A stretch of 64,000 nt of DNA from Octopus bimaculoides. Lineage: Eukaryota. The stretch is taken from NCBI RefSeq assembly GCF_001194135.2, contig NC_068982.1, forward strand, positions 105,294,641 through 105,358,640, written 5' to 3'. Both the position numbers and the translations under genes were made by a program. Below, in pieces: positions 1-14,300 of the stretch. Position 1 is the stretch's first letter, and the number at the start of each line of letters is the position of its first letter. The notes below the pieces were generated by a model, which was not told the origin of the DNA, did no database searches, and was given only the letters and a program-made list of their open reading frames with translations.

Positions 1-630
1 TTGGGCCTTGTGCCTAGAGTAGAAAAGATTATTATTACCATAAACTGGCAGGATCATTAGCACGCCAGGCAAAATGCTTAGTGGTATTTCATCTGTCTTA
101 ATGTTCTGAGTTCAAATTCTGCTGAGGTTCATTTTGCCTTTCATCCTTTTGGGGTTGATAAAATAAGTACCAGTTGAACACTGGGTTGTAGTAATCGACT
201 CAACCCCTCCCTCAAAATTGCTGCCCTTGTGGCAAAATTTAAAACCTTTATTATTGTTGTTGTTGTTGTTGTTATTATTATTATTATGAGCTGGCAGAAT
301 CATTAGCATGCTGGACAAAATGCTTAGTTGCATTGCTTGTCTTTACGTTTTGTGTTCAAATTCCACTGAGGTTAACTTTGCTTTTCATCCTTTCAGGGTT
401 GATAAATTAAGTACCAGTGAAACACCGGGATAAATGTAATCAACTAGTCCCCTCCCACAAAATTTGAGGCTTTGTGCCTATAGTAGAGCGAAATGCTTAG
501 CAGTATTTCATTAGCCATTACGTTCTGAGTTCAAATTCTGCCGAGGTTGACTTCGCCTTTCATCCTTTCGAGGTCAATTAAATAAGTACCAGTTACACAC
601 TGGAGTTGATGTAATTGACTTAATTCCTTT
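1..630 (+). mobile_element. Tandem cluster of tRNA-derived SINE copies (gagctggcagaa...ttctgagttcaaatt family)
   Basis: Three similar units at about 43-250, 288-488 and 489-630, plus the tail of a fourth at 1-36; further copies at 6071-6308 and 6655-6815; B-box-like GAGTTCAAATTC. Confidence 0.8.
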
Positions 631-1658
631 TATTAGATTGGGATTAATACTGGCATTTCAGTTTTGAGCTTACAGCTGTACAGTCTCCTCTTTCTACCTT
701 TTCAACTGTTCATTGAAGCTGGTGGATCTCATGCCACTCCAATTCAAGCCATCATTCCTGACTTTCTTATCTCAATTCTTCTTGCCATCCATATTGCCTC
801 CTCTCCAGTCCTTGCACTCATCACTATGTCCAGTTTTGTTTTCCTTGGGTATTGTTCATCTAGAATTTCTTTGCTTGTCAACAACTACAGGATTTTCCTG
901 CTATTGTTGACTTGAAACTGTCAAAACTGCATGCTCCTCACAGGCTTCACAGTAACTGCATGCTTCTCACAGACCTCAGAGGGCCTTGTAAGGCTGTGGG
1001 TGCAACCGGTTTCTCCAAACCAAACTAATAGGAAAAAGGAAAGCAATGTTGCTAGCAGAATACTTATCCTTACATGTATGCAACAGTAAACAAAATACAA
1101 GATCTTGTCTTTCAAGGTTACTATTAATGACCCTTAAGTCAAAACAATTCAGCATCTAACCGACACTTTGTAATATTTTACCTTTGAGAATTTATATCTC
1201 TCAATACCATATTATTCCTTAAATTCTGAGACTTTTTCCTAAGTAAGAAATTCTTATTTAGATATTTTCCCATTTTGTTCACAGAATAAACACAGCTTGT
1301 AGCATTTTATTTCAAAATGATATAAAATAATATAAAATCTTAACATTATATGCTATTTTTCCAATTTTTTCTTTTAAATTTCAAAAATAAAATATGTTTA
1401 TGATTAAAAAGAAGCTAAAGTGCGTTTTTGTCTCTCACTTTGCCTGTAACAACATGGCCGATTTTAGATCTAGCATTTAGTTATCTTGGCAGTTATTTGA
1501 TCCAAACTATCACTTTCTCAGAACGAGACTCAGCAATAATGGATGATATGTCTGTGTGTTGTGTTACAGTTGTTAACATTGTATAATTCAAATTCTATAT
1601 TTTTCAAGGATAAATAAGACAGAAAAATATTTGTATATGTATTTTCTGATGTTGCATC

Positions 1659-1787
1659 ATGAGTACAGCAGTAACTTCATCTTCCCCTGGGGATCCCAAA
1701 CTTGTTCAGGAGATCATAGACAAGTTGAAATCTCAAGGTTTGTTCGACCAGTTCCGAAAGGAGGGAATGGGCGATGTAGATACAAAG
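1659..1787 (+). CDS. BOD1L1: BOD1L1 coding exon 1 (MSTAVTSS...GDVDTK)
   Basis: ATG at 1659, donor AAG|gtaagt at 1787/1788, phase 0; start of BOD1 domain. Confidence 0.92.
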
Positions 1788-4700
1788 GTAAGTAGTATCA
1801 GATACAACTTACGTTTTAATGATTTATTGAATCGTAAAGATGTATTATTGCATGTATTATTGATTGATAAGTTGGATTGTGAAATATTTTAGTGTAGTTT
1901 GATTAAAACACCGCCGTTAGAAATAAGTAAACAATGTATTATAAACGTGCTTACGGTGATTATCCGGCTTGTGTTATTACTAGGCAACATCTTAAGCAAA
2001 ATTATCAACATTAATCTCCTTACAGTTCTATATTTAAGAGATGAGGAATTATTTACATTTGACGGATATTTGTCCTCATCTTGTTTGTTGTTAACACAAC
2101 GTTTCGGCTGATATATCCTCCAGCCTTCGTCAGGTGTCTTGGGGAAATTTTGAATAATAGTAACATCGTTAGGAATGGGAACCCAGGTTCAAAATTTCCC
2201 CAAGACACCTGACGAAGGCTGGAGGGTATATCAGCCGAAACGTTGTGTTAACAACAAACAAGATGAGGACAAATATCCATCAAATGTAAATAATGTAAAT
2301 AATGTATTAATCTCCTTATATATATATGTGTGTGTGTGTATATATNNNNNNNNNNNNNNNNNNNNNNNNNNNNNNNNNNNNNNNNNNNNNNNNNNNNNNN
2401 NNATAATATAAGACTAATCTATATATATATCTTCTAGATATTTTACTAGGAAGACTAAACTTGTTAATAAACCGTAAATGTTATTTCCAAAATATTCTAG
2501 CGTGAGTTTGGTATTAAGAGTACAAAAGTGCACAACTAAAAATTTATAGAAGAGTCGAGATTTTGTGACGTTCATGCATTTCCCAAAGGCGTTGCCAACG
2601 CAAATGAAATGTAGTGTTCAACCGGTAATCAAAACCGGCTTGCTGGACTAAAAGATGCTTCAGTTTCTTCTACTAGGAACAACACTCTTTATTTACGGGG
2701 AATCGGGAAGTGAAAATCTAATAAACAAATTAGCGTTGTTGAAATTGAAAGGAAATGTTTTCTACAGGGAATCGAAACGTAAACAGGTTTCTCCTACCAC
2801 GCTCGACTGAGTCAAGTAAAGATGACATCTAAACAAAACAAAACAAAAGAAAAAAGAAAGAAAAAGAAAAAAAAAACGTCTTTTAATATCACAATTATTT
2901 TCTTAAGATTCAAACATCATTGCTTCCGTGACATCACACTGGAGGAGTCTTCAGTAAAGCCCTTTGTGTTAAATGATCATAATAAAAGGACAATCTCCAT
3001 ACACCAGCAACAAAAACAGTGCAAAACTGATTCTGCAACCATGTTATGATGCCCTACTGTTTGGCCTTTCACCGATTCTCTCCAAACTGCATTAATAGTG
3101 CACAATCTTAATAAAGTCATATAAGTTGAAGAAGCCTTTGAGCAGTCGTATGATCTGTTGGAAATAGTAGACAAGTCTCTTTCATGTCACACATCGTAAA
3201 AAAGATCAGGGTACCTTAGATAATATGGTCCTAAATGCATTATGCCACTGATATGTGAGACTACATTAACCAATTGACACTTTAGATACACCGAAGTCGA
3301 AATGTTCATGGTTTGAGCAACTTTGATCACAGTTGATTGGGGTCTGAACCACAACTTTTACCATAAGTTAGATGAATTTTCATAATTTATTTTATATAAA
3401 CGAAGATACACCATTTCAGAGCCTTTTGGGGCTAAACGTGCATATATAACTACATACACTCTCATTTATATAGTAGATATATAGTTCAAATAAATATTTG
3501 ATTAGTCTTCTGTGCTATTGCCTATTAACAGCAACAAGGGGTTTATACCTGTTTTAACAGTCCAGAGCTCATCAATTCGAGTCTCTTTCTCTTCTCAGTG
3601 ACCATTGTGTTTTTCTGTTCAGTCAGATCTACAGAAGCTTGCTCTTTTATTTTATGTCCAAATGTTCTCTTACTCTTCAGAACTTTGGTAAAAGCAAAAT
3701 CTTAGTTCTTGTCTACCCACTTGTGGCCTTCATTTATATCACATCTCTGAAATTGAAATTTCCTCACAGACCACTACATTGTAGCATGCATTTATAGAAC
3801 TCTCCTCGATCCACACTTTAACAACTCTAATGTATCCAAATGTTTGATTACATCTACACTTGTCCTTTTGTACATTAATAGCACACATGCTGTTGCTTCT
3901 AACAACAGGCTCCTACAAATTTAATATTATCTTTCACCTTTTCTTAATCTATTGCACACAGAAAAAAATAATAAATGCGCCCTTTTAAAGCCTAGCCAGG
4001 CCCGGTTTCTTGGTTTCTGTGGCGTATGTGTTCCCCAGCTGGACGGGACGCCAGTCTATTGCAGCGTTACTTATTTTTGCCAGCTGAGTGGACTGGAGCA
4101 ACATGAAATGAAGTGTTTTGCTCAAGAACACAATGCGTCACCTGGTCCAGGAATCGAAACCACAATCTTATGATCATGCTGCTGACAACCTAACCACTAG
4201 GCCATGCGCCTCCAGTATTGCACACAGACACCTTCATATTTAACCGAGATAACTCAGACTAATAAGTATTTACTGGTTTCACAAACAGATGAACGGAAAC
4301 TTCAGTGGAATATGACAACTTGGTCTTCTTCAATAGCATATATGAAAGAAATAGTCTTATTCTGCAACCTCCTTGTAAATTAACAATAGTTAAGCATTCG
4401 AGACCACATCCAAGTGATGGTCATTTGGTTGTTTGGTGATAATTCCCTTAACAATACACTGCAATCTCTAACTGATAGATGTACTCTCTGCTCCTTCTAA
4501 TACTTCTATTACCTTACTCTGCCACCGAAGTTCACCTATCCTACTTCTTCTCTGCCTCATTGTCCTTACTGTGCCTAATGCTCCAAACTTTTTATTACTT
4601 TTCCTAATAATCCCACTTCAGGATGGGTCTTCCTACCCATCCCTTGCATAATATTAATGTTTTTTTTTCTTTGATAAGACCTCAAAGTTTAACTCTTTTG

Positions 4701-5328
4701 ATACCAATCTGTCTGAAATTGCTCCTGGTTCTACATTATAAACTTCTTGTTTAAAGTGATCTAAATTAAAACCTTCCATTAAAGTTTCATGTTAATTTAT
4801 GTTCCAAACTCTAGCTTAATAATGGCGAGAGTATTTTACTAAATTCTTCAAAATTAATTGAGATGAAGGCAGTGTATTTCATTAGAAGTATGATAATGAA
4901 AATGTTATCTCTGTTATGTTCTCATATTCGTTTATAACCTGTAAACACACAACAATTTGCAAATCTAGCCAGCATCTATAACTTGATGCCAACCATCTGT
5001 ACATCAGCATTGAATTTTCATTGAAGATTCAAAAGGTTCTTTAATTTACTTTCAGTCTGCAGCTGTGCATTATCCCTAGTGACAGTTCTAATTACCATTT
5101 AATCATTTTCCTTAATGACTACCAGTAATTTCTCATCCTTTAAGAAAATACTATTCAAGAGGTTTAACTCAGTTACAGGCATGGCTGTCTGGTTAAGAAG
5201 TTTCCCAACCTCATGATTTCAGGTTCACTTCCACTGTGTGGCACCTTGGGCAAATGTCTTTTACTATAGCCCCAAATCAACCAAAGCATTGTTAGTAGAT
5301 TTGATAGATAGGAAGTGAAAGAAGCCCA

Positions 5329-5363
<35 letters not shown>

Positions 5364-7409
5364 GAATATTATATAAGTCATTATACTTGACCAGCTCCTG
5401 TGAACTGTCCTACTTATGCATGCATGAAAGATGGAAGTTAAACGATGATGATGATTATTATTAATCCAAACATGTGGTAGTACAGAAGAAATGAAGTCAA
5501 AAATGCTCAGAGAATGTATGAGAATTTATTCAGATTTTAATACACACACACACACACACACACACTTGAACAGTTTCACATTTGATTTTTCAGAAGTATA
5601 TGTTATGTGGAGCTGTGTTGCAAATTGCATCTTTTCTAGCTATTGTTGTAAAAATCGTACACATGTATTTAAAAATGTGTGTGTGTGCGCGTGTGTATTT
5701 GTGTCTCTTTGTCTTGACATCACATGATTGTTGCAAATGAATATCAGTCATTTCCAATATTCTGTGAAAACATGTCTGATTATAGGGAAGCAGGTAAGTT
5801 CTGTTTGACCCATGCAAGTATAGAAAAGTGGACATTAAAATGATGATGATGATGATCTCGTCAAATTTGCTGCTAGTGAGGCTGGGCTTGCACTAATCTA
5901 AAATTGATAGCTACTTTACCATCCTTTCATTAATAGATTGGTTCTTTACTTAAGTTTCTTTACCTTAACTAATGACCTCTCACCTCAAACTATATTACTT
6001 CTGAAATAACATTAAGTTATCTTCTGAGATATGACTGTAGATACAACAGGTGGGAAGAAAGTAGTAATAAAAGGCGTCGAGCTGGCAGAAACGTTAGCAC
6101 GCAGGGCGAAATGCTTAGCGTTATTTTGTCTGCCACTACGTTCTGAGTTCAAATTCCGCCGAGGTCGACTTTGCCTTTCATCCTTTTGAGGTCGATAAAT
6201 TAAGTACCAGTTACGCACTGGGATCGATATAATCGACTTAATTCGTTTGTCTGTCCTTGTCTGTCCCCTCTATGTTTAGCCCCTTGTGGGCAATAAAGAA
6301 ATAAGAAAGTAGTAATAATTGTAGAGATTGTGAGAAATGAATACAGTTGTTGCATTAACAAGTAATATCCAAGCATGGTAATGAAGTTAATTTTAAATTG
6401 TCTCACCCACACTTTATGTGTTATTATAAATAATTAATTTTTTGTTTTTCTTTTCTTTTTACAGCCAGCCTATCAGAATTTGAGGCAACGAATGGAAGGG
6501 CACGTGTCCCGCTTTTTGGAGAAGCAGGTGTGGAGCCCAAATCTGAATAAAAATCAGTTACGAGACCAACTAAGAAAGCATATCAATCAGTATGTTGACA
6601 ACTATTGTATTCTTATATTTTTATATTATTAAAGCAAAACCATTTGGGTCTCAGAAAAATTGCTTTGCAGTATTTGTTCTAGCTTTTTATGTTCTGAGTT
6701 CAAATTCCTCTGAGGTCAACTTTACCTTTCGTCCTTTCAGGGCTGATAAAATAAAGTATCAGTTAAGTGCTAGGGTCAATTTAACCGACTAGCCCTCTCC
6801 CTACAAATGTCTAGCCTCATCACCCTTTTTTGATGCGCCTTGCTGACCTTGACTTTCATTTCTCTGTGTAAAATATCATCCAGCTCCAAAATCCCTAAAT
6901 ATCTATACCCACTACTGTCAGGTTCACCCATGGTCTCTCCTGATGGTAACCACAATCCTCTGCAGGCTGCTTTCTTCCCTCTTTTCATATTAAGTACTGA
7001 GCATTTGGTAATCCCAAATTCCATACCGATGTCCTACCACACTTCTGGACTGTTTTGGTTAAGGAATCTATCTGTTTCTCAGATTTCCCAAATAATTTCA
7101 GGTCATCCATCAACAGAAGATGATTCCATGATGGGTCTTTCTTCCCACATCAGTAACCCATCTTAACTCTCCTAAGTGTCATTGTTATGGGTATTCGTGC
7201 AATTACAAAAAGTGATGGAGAAAATGAGTCACCTTGGAAGATTCCCCTTTTAATATTAACTTCTCTAAGGAATACATTACTTGAGTACAATTTGATTTTC
7301 CACTCTTTCATGCTATGCATCAGAAAATTTGTGATGTTGTCAGCAACACCAAACATCTGCAGGCATTCAACAATCCAAGAATGAGGCATCATATCATATG
7401 CCTTCTTAA

Positions 7410-7451
<42 letters not shown>

Positions 7452-8026
7452 TTATGTTTGACTTTTGCTTTGCATTTGTACAAGTTGGATCCAAGTCTCA
7501 CCCAGAGACCTCAAGAGACAACAAGTTAGAAGTTCATGTAGGTGTTATGCCTAGGGTACCATATATTTGGATTTGTACATAGTGTTGTTTATTTGTACAT
7601 AGTGTTGTTTATTTGTATATAGTGTTGTTTATTTGTATATAGTGTTGTTTATTTGTACATAGTGTTGTTGGATTTGTACATAGTGTTGTTTATTATTATT
7701 ATTATTATTATTATTATCTTTCAGATAATAATAATAATTATTATTATTATTAGATATTATTATTATCATTATTATCTTTTAGATCTGGTATTTTGGCTAG
7801 TGGAGTGGAGCGAATCATTGAACAAGTGGTTAACCCAAAGATATTCTTGGTAATCAAACCTCGCATTGATGAAGTCATATGTGAACATTTGGAAATTGAC
7901 TTTAAGGAGCGGCAGGAGAAGCTGCTGCGCAAGAAACACCAGCAGCAAGCCCTGGCTGCTGCTGCAGCTGCTGCAGTGGCTGCTTCAAATAATGCCATGG
8001 CAAGTAAGTAGAAATATTTTTCTATC

Positions 8027-8057
<31 letters not shown>

Positions 8058-8332
8058 GTATTTATCTATGTATGTATGTATGTATGTATCTATCTATCTA
8101 TCTATCTATCTATCTCAATGAGAATATTGACCAAGGTTACCGTGGTCTTTTCTGTGGGCTTTTCCTTCCACGGCTAAACCTAAACTGTCCTCCCCTCTTT
8201 TTACACGAGAACATTACTGTGTGATACACGATCCCTATTGATCGGCCTTTCCNNNNNNNNNNCCAAAAAGAAAAGCTCTACATTGTATTTGTCCCATCTT
8301 CGTTGAGCCCTGTGTGGCTAATAAAAGAAATG

Positions 8333-8385
<53 letters not shown>

Positions 8386-11300
8386 GTTTGTCTATATATG
8401 GATGTGTGTGTTTGTGTCTATCCTTGTCTTGATATCCTGTGATGATTGTAAATGAGCATCATTGTCATACAAGCAATGTTGTTAGTTTCTGGTCTTCCAT
8501 GAAAAGTGTGCCTGGACAAGGGGTAAATGTTATCTTGCTTGGAAACAGGAAATGCATCTGGCTGCAGAAAATTTGCTTCAATTCCATTTTTACCTGTGCA
8601 AACATAGAAAAGTGGATGTAAAAACGATGATGATGATGAAGATTGTGTGTAAGACATTCGTACAGCGAGACAGAACCAACAGAAACAAGCAATCTAAACT
8701 TTATATATAGAGACTATTCTTAGAATATTCATCATCATCATTATCATCATTTAACATCTGTGTTTCCTGATGACATAGGTTAAATGGTTTGACAGGATCC
8801 GATAAGCTCAAGGACTGTATCCTGCTCTTGTTTAGCATGGTTTCTGCGGCTGGATGCCCTGCCTAATGCCAACCACTTTTCAGTCTGTTACTAGGTGCTT
8901 TTGCATGCCAGCAGCACTAGTGAGGTTGCTGTGCAGAATGCCGAAGCAGAACAGGTTTCTTGGTGTAATGGAGCAACATGATTACTCATATTTTAGAGGA
9001 GGTGGGCATGATATGGAGTTGGAAATATTGATATTAGTATTGGGATATATTTGAAATAGATTAGTTTCTCTGTACATAGAAAAATTGATAGAATCAGTCT
9101 TAAATCAATATATGCCAAGATTTGCTCCATACAGTTAAGAGTACCACTATTTTGACACCAAATCCTGGCAGAGCCAATATTGTTCATTCTTTTAATTAAT
9201 ATTGATAAGATAAAATACCAAGATTGATTATCTCCCTTGCAAACTTGTCTCATATGTTGCCCAAACGATTTATTTCAATTGTAAGATATGAGAAAGGAAG
9301 GCCATATATTTAATTTATTTATTCCTATATTTATTGTAGATATTTATTTCTAGGGTGGTAATAAGAATTTTGGCTGTTATATCAGAGGTTATAATGCTGC
9401 GAAACTGAATTGGTGCTGACCAGCACCAATCATGCAGCATCACAATTCATGAGAATTGCCCACTGGAGTGTAACTGTTTGGCAAAATCGATAATATTTAG
9501 TGCTAAGGTAGACACACACAAAAAAAAAAAGATGAACCTAAAATGTATATAGCAGCAACTGACATTCAAAAATTGATTCCATTTGTCAGCCATGTTAAAA
9601 ATGCACTATAGCTTCGACAGATTTATGTTCCATGTCCTCACGAATTCAAAATTACCTGGACAATTGTCGGTAAGGTACAAACATATAGAAACAGTAGCTT
9701 CAAATCAAAAATATGGTGTGATCTTTGCACAAAAAATTAAGAATCTTGCATCAAGGAATTGATGATTTGAACAAAAGAATTGAATTGTTAGTGTCTTGTA
9801 TATACAAAGCTAAATATTTTTTTTTGTAAATACCAGGTTCCTTAAATTTCGGTCTGGTTTAGGGAATAAGAAAACTCCAGAAAACATTGGCTTTGAAGTG
9901 TTTAAAGAAAAAATTTTTTTTTTAAATATCACTTGATGCGATTTCATGAGGGTAGTTCTTAGAGTGATCTCCCCTGTCAATTGTTTTCATGAGAGTTAGA
10001 AATGAAAGGAAATATGCGAACTTAACAGCTGTTTTTATATGTATCACTTGCTTGATTTTTTTTTTAAACGTAAAGATAAGTGTTTTCTTGATAATTTTAG
10101 TATAATATTTCGAAATATATTCATATAATAGATAATTCAAGAGAAAACATATTTAGATTACCAACTGAAAGACTGGACACCTAAATCTTGAAGTACTAGA
10201 AATTATATGCCTTTTGGTTGTAATGTATTAAAGAATACTATACATTTATATATTGAATTCTGTAATTTATCATTTTTTAGTGAACTGTGGCTATGTTATA
10301 AGAAGCTTGCTTTCCAACCATGGTTTCAGGTTTAGTTCCACTGCGTGGCACCTTGGGCAAGTGTTTTCTACAATAGCCTTAGGCTACCCTAAGACTTGTG
10401 AGTGGATTTGGTAGATAGAAACCGAAAGAAGCCTGTTGTATACGTGTGTGTGTTTGTGTTTGTCCCCCACCACCACTTGACAACTGGTGTTGGTATATTT
10501 ACTTCCCTGTAAATTAATGGTTTGGCAAAAAAGACCAGGCTTTAAAAAAAAAAAGTACTGGGTTTGATTCATTTGACTAAAACCCCTCAAGGTGGTGCTC
10601 CAGCATGGCTGCAGTCTAATGACTGAAGCATGTAAAAGAATAAAAGAACATATATGTATATGTAAGACTGGTAGGCTTGATTCTTTTCTCCATTTTTTTT
10701 ACCTTCAGCCTATATAGTGATAGTAATAGTGCCATATTAATGTTTGAGATTAGAGAACATGGAAGAGAAGACAGTAGTTTGATACAAGATCCCTATTAGC
10801 TACATGACTGTATCATGTTGGAAAGCTTCTAGCAGGCACTAGTCATATTGGTCATGGAGAGTTCCAACTCTGAAAAGTTGATGACTGATATTGGATAGCT
10901 GCTAGTAAACTGACTAAATTATTCACATTTCCACAGCCTTTTTCTCCCTCTGATTTTTTCTAGATATAGTTTCAAAAAAATGTTTTATTAGATATATTTG
11001 TACTATAAATTTCTTATTTGTATTACAGGTCATGCTTCATATGGAAATACCTATTTTCCTTATCAACAAACCACATATTGGCAACAGCAACAGCAAATAC
11101 GACCACTTCCACCAAGTACTTCACAGCAGTCACAGCCTCCAACGCCATTGGCTCAGAATCAACAGAAACAGACCATACTGCCATTTTCATTACCTGATAC
11201 ATCCAAACCACCACCTGCAGCTTTTCTTCCTGCTACAGGTGGATTTGGTCTTCCTCAGCAACCGTATCCAATAATCCCACAACAGACCTGGAATACTTCT

Positions 11301-14300
11301 GTCACAACAACTACTGTCTCAACTACTACTAGTTTTAATCCCATGTATCCTCCCCACATACTGCCACCAAGCGTACCTTTAGCTGCTGGTGCCCCTCTAC
11401 CACTTATGAATTTTACATCAGTGCCACCCCCAACTTCTAGTAGTAAGGCTAGTGTTACAAGTAGCACTACAAGTTTGACTAATTCCAGTATCAAGGAGAC
11501 AGGTCGTGGTTTACTGGCTACTCCTAATTTGTCTCAGGCAATTGCTCCTATAACATTACCTCCCATGAATGTTCCCCCTCCAGTATCACCTGCTCCTCTA
11601 CAACCACCAGGTATAGCAGCCCCTGCTTTACATCCACCCGTCCTTCCTCCACTAAACATGCCACCTCCACCTATCACAGATCCATTAACTCGACCACTTC
11701 CCAGCCTTCCACCTCATGGACATGGTCCTTCTAAAGCTCCTTTAGATAATGTTCCTATGAAAGTTGCTGTAAAAACTCCACTTCTTCCTGATCCCATTAT
11801 TACAAAACTTGTTAACAAACCTTACAATAATCCTGTATTACAACCTCCTGTTGGACTACCAGTAATGCAGTCTTCTCTGCCACCTAATGTTCCTGTTCCC
11901 CCATTAGTTTCACAACCAGCACTGCCTCCTTTAACTAAACCATCTTTGCCTGCAATTCCACCAAAACCTCTTTTGCCACAACCAGCTCCTCCTCCATGTG
12001 TCACTGATATCCTTCCACCACCAACATCTTCATCATCATCGTCATCATCATTACCATCTCTACCAAATCATGAAGATCATCAAAGTTCTAAAATTCCAGA
12101 GATAAATAGGGAAGACATCAATCAAAGAATAAGTGAGCCTCCAGAATCTCTCAAACTTGCTATTGAAGAAAAAAGCTGGTCTGCTCCAAAACTAGAAGAC
12201 ATTCCTTTGCCTCATTTACCATTTACAGTCGCTACACCTGAAAAAAACAAACCTGCTGAACCATTAGTTAAAGAGAAAGAGACTAAAGTTCCTGAACAAA
12301 CAGTTGAAATAAGTGAAGAAAAATCAGTTGCAGAAAATTCTTCAACTGTCAAGAATAACAGTAAAGATGTGCCTTCCGATGGTTTTGTGGAACAAACATC
12401 TGCTAGTACTCAACCTTCTGCTGATGTTGAAGCAGCTCCAGAGGAAAAATCTCGGACATACAAGTTCTCATGGAGTAAGGGCAGCATGGAAGGCGAACTG
12501 TCTGATTTTACAATCAGCTCTGTGCACACCAGTGATTTGTCTTCTTTTGATGAGGGAGATGGTAACATTTCTCTTTCAGATGTAAACAGTAGTCCACGTC
12601 ATGACAGTGATACTAATCCTGGTAAGATTTTTTTTCATCGTTATTTAATGTCCGTTTTTCATGCTGGCATGGGTTGGATGATTTGACTGGAGCTGGTAAG
12701 GCCAGGGATTGCACCAGGCCCCATTGTCTGTTTTGGTAAGGTTTCTGTGGCTGGATGCCCTTCCTAATGCCAATCACTCCACAGAGTGTACAGAGTGTTT
12801 TTAATGTGGCACTAGTATCAATCCTGCTGTGGCAGATGGATCTTCTTGAGTACAGCAATGCACAAGATATCTCAGTCTTTAGTCATCTCCTTTGTGTGTG
12901 TGTGTGTGTGTGTCTGTGTATATTTGTATATATAATACATACATATATGTATGTATGTATATATTTGTTTGTTCACTTTTAGGTCAGTTTTTCCATGTGA
13001 GTGTTGACTAGAAAGTATCATTTCTAATTTTATTTATACACAGCTATCACTTCTTAGTTTATTTACACATGGGTTCAAAAGGTCTACAAATTTCCAACAG
13101 GAAATGAAATGAAATACTACATAACTCTTTACATTTTTATGTTTGTATGTCTAGCACTTGAGAATCAATCTCTGTGTCTCTCCTAAAAGGAATGAAAAGT
13201 TGTTTAGATTTAAAAATGAGAAGAGTTAAATAGTATTTCATTTTCTTATGAAAATTTGAAGACCTTTTATATCCATACTTGATCTTTCTAAGCTCTATTA
13301 TTAATCATTTTGCTTCCCATCCATATGCTTTTGGGTTCACTCCCATTATGTTATACCTTAGGTAAGTGTCTTCTATAGTCTCTGGCTAACTAAAGTTTGG
13401 TCAGAAACCAAAAACCAGAAACTGAAAGAAGCCCATCATGTATGTGTGTGTATTTAGTGAGTGTGCATGTGTGTTATTATCTCCTTGCCTTGACTTTGCA
13501 TGTAGTAAATGAATGTCACCAACATGCAAGCAGTGTCCTTTGTTTTCGATCATCTGTAAAAACATGCCTGGGGAAATATTATCATACTTGGAAACAGTTG
13601 AGAGTTGGTGATAGGAAGTGCATTCAGCTGCAGAAAATTTGCCTCAACAAATTCCATCTGATCCAGTGTAGAAAAGAAGATGTTAAAACATCTCAGCTAT
13701 ATTTACAGTAAAAATTGTTGGCAGTTAATTCATAATATAAATATATATTTTTTTGTAGACTTGGAAGATGTTGCTGAAAAAGTTGTTGAAAAAACAGAGC
13801 CAAGTCCATGTAAAGAGACTAAGAAAGCTAAAATTCCTCCCAGACCTCGTAAACTGATTTCTTTATCGTACAATTATTCTGACAGTGATGATGATGAAAC
13901 ACGGGAAGAACGTAAAGAACGAATTGTAAGTATTTGGTTTTAAAACGTTTAGTTTTTGCTGGATGTATTCTACTTTACAGTGGAGGCGCAATGACCCAGT
14001 GGTTAGGGCAGCGGACTCGCGGTCATAGGATCGCGGTTTCGATTCCGAGACCGGGCATTGTGAGTGTTTATTGAGCGAAAACACCTAAAGCTCCACGAGG
14101 CTCCGGCAGGGGATGGTGGCGAACCCTGCTGTACTCTTTCACCACAACTTTCTCTCACTCTTACTTCCTGTTTCTGTTGTGCCTGTAATTCAAGGGGTCA
14201 GCCTTGTCACACTGTGTCACGCTGAATATCCCCGAGAACTACGTTAAGGGTACACATGTCTGTGGAGTGCTCAGCCACTTGCACGTTAATTTCATGAGCA

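Larger units (their letters stand above)
2023..2305. mobile_element. Penelope-like pLTR insertion as a 107-bp inverted repeat with 13-bp target-site duplication
   Basis: Arms 2048-2154 and 2188-2294 (2 mismatches), 33-nt spacer; direct repeat attaatctcctta at 2010-2022 and 2306-2318. Confidence 0.7.

Noticed and set aside
2940-3250. Coding-like sequence in BOD1L1 intron 1
   Set aside because: Interrupted in all frames; possibly an old transposon, but no motif could be identified.
7571-7693. Regular short repeats as a possible CRISPR array
   Set aside because: Contiguous tandem units without unique spacers, in a eukaryotic intron.
13981-14060. tRNA-like sequences at SINE heads (also 43910-43985, 18660-18730, 29195-29260)
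   Set aside because: No complete cloverleaf or acceptor stem; continue into SINE bodies with tails and TSDs.
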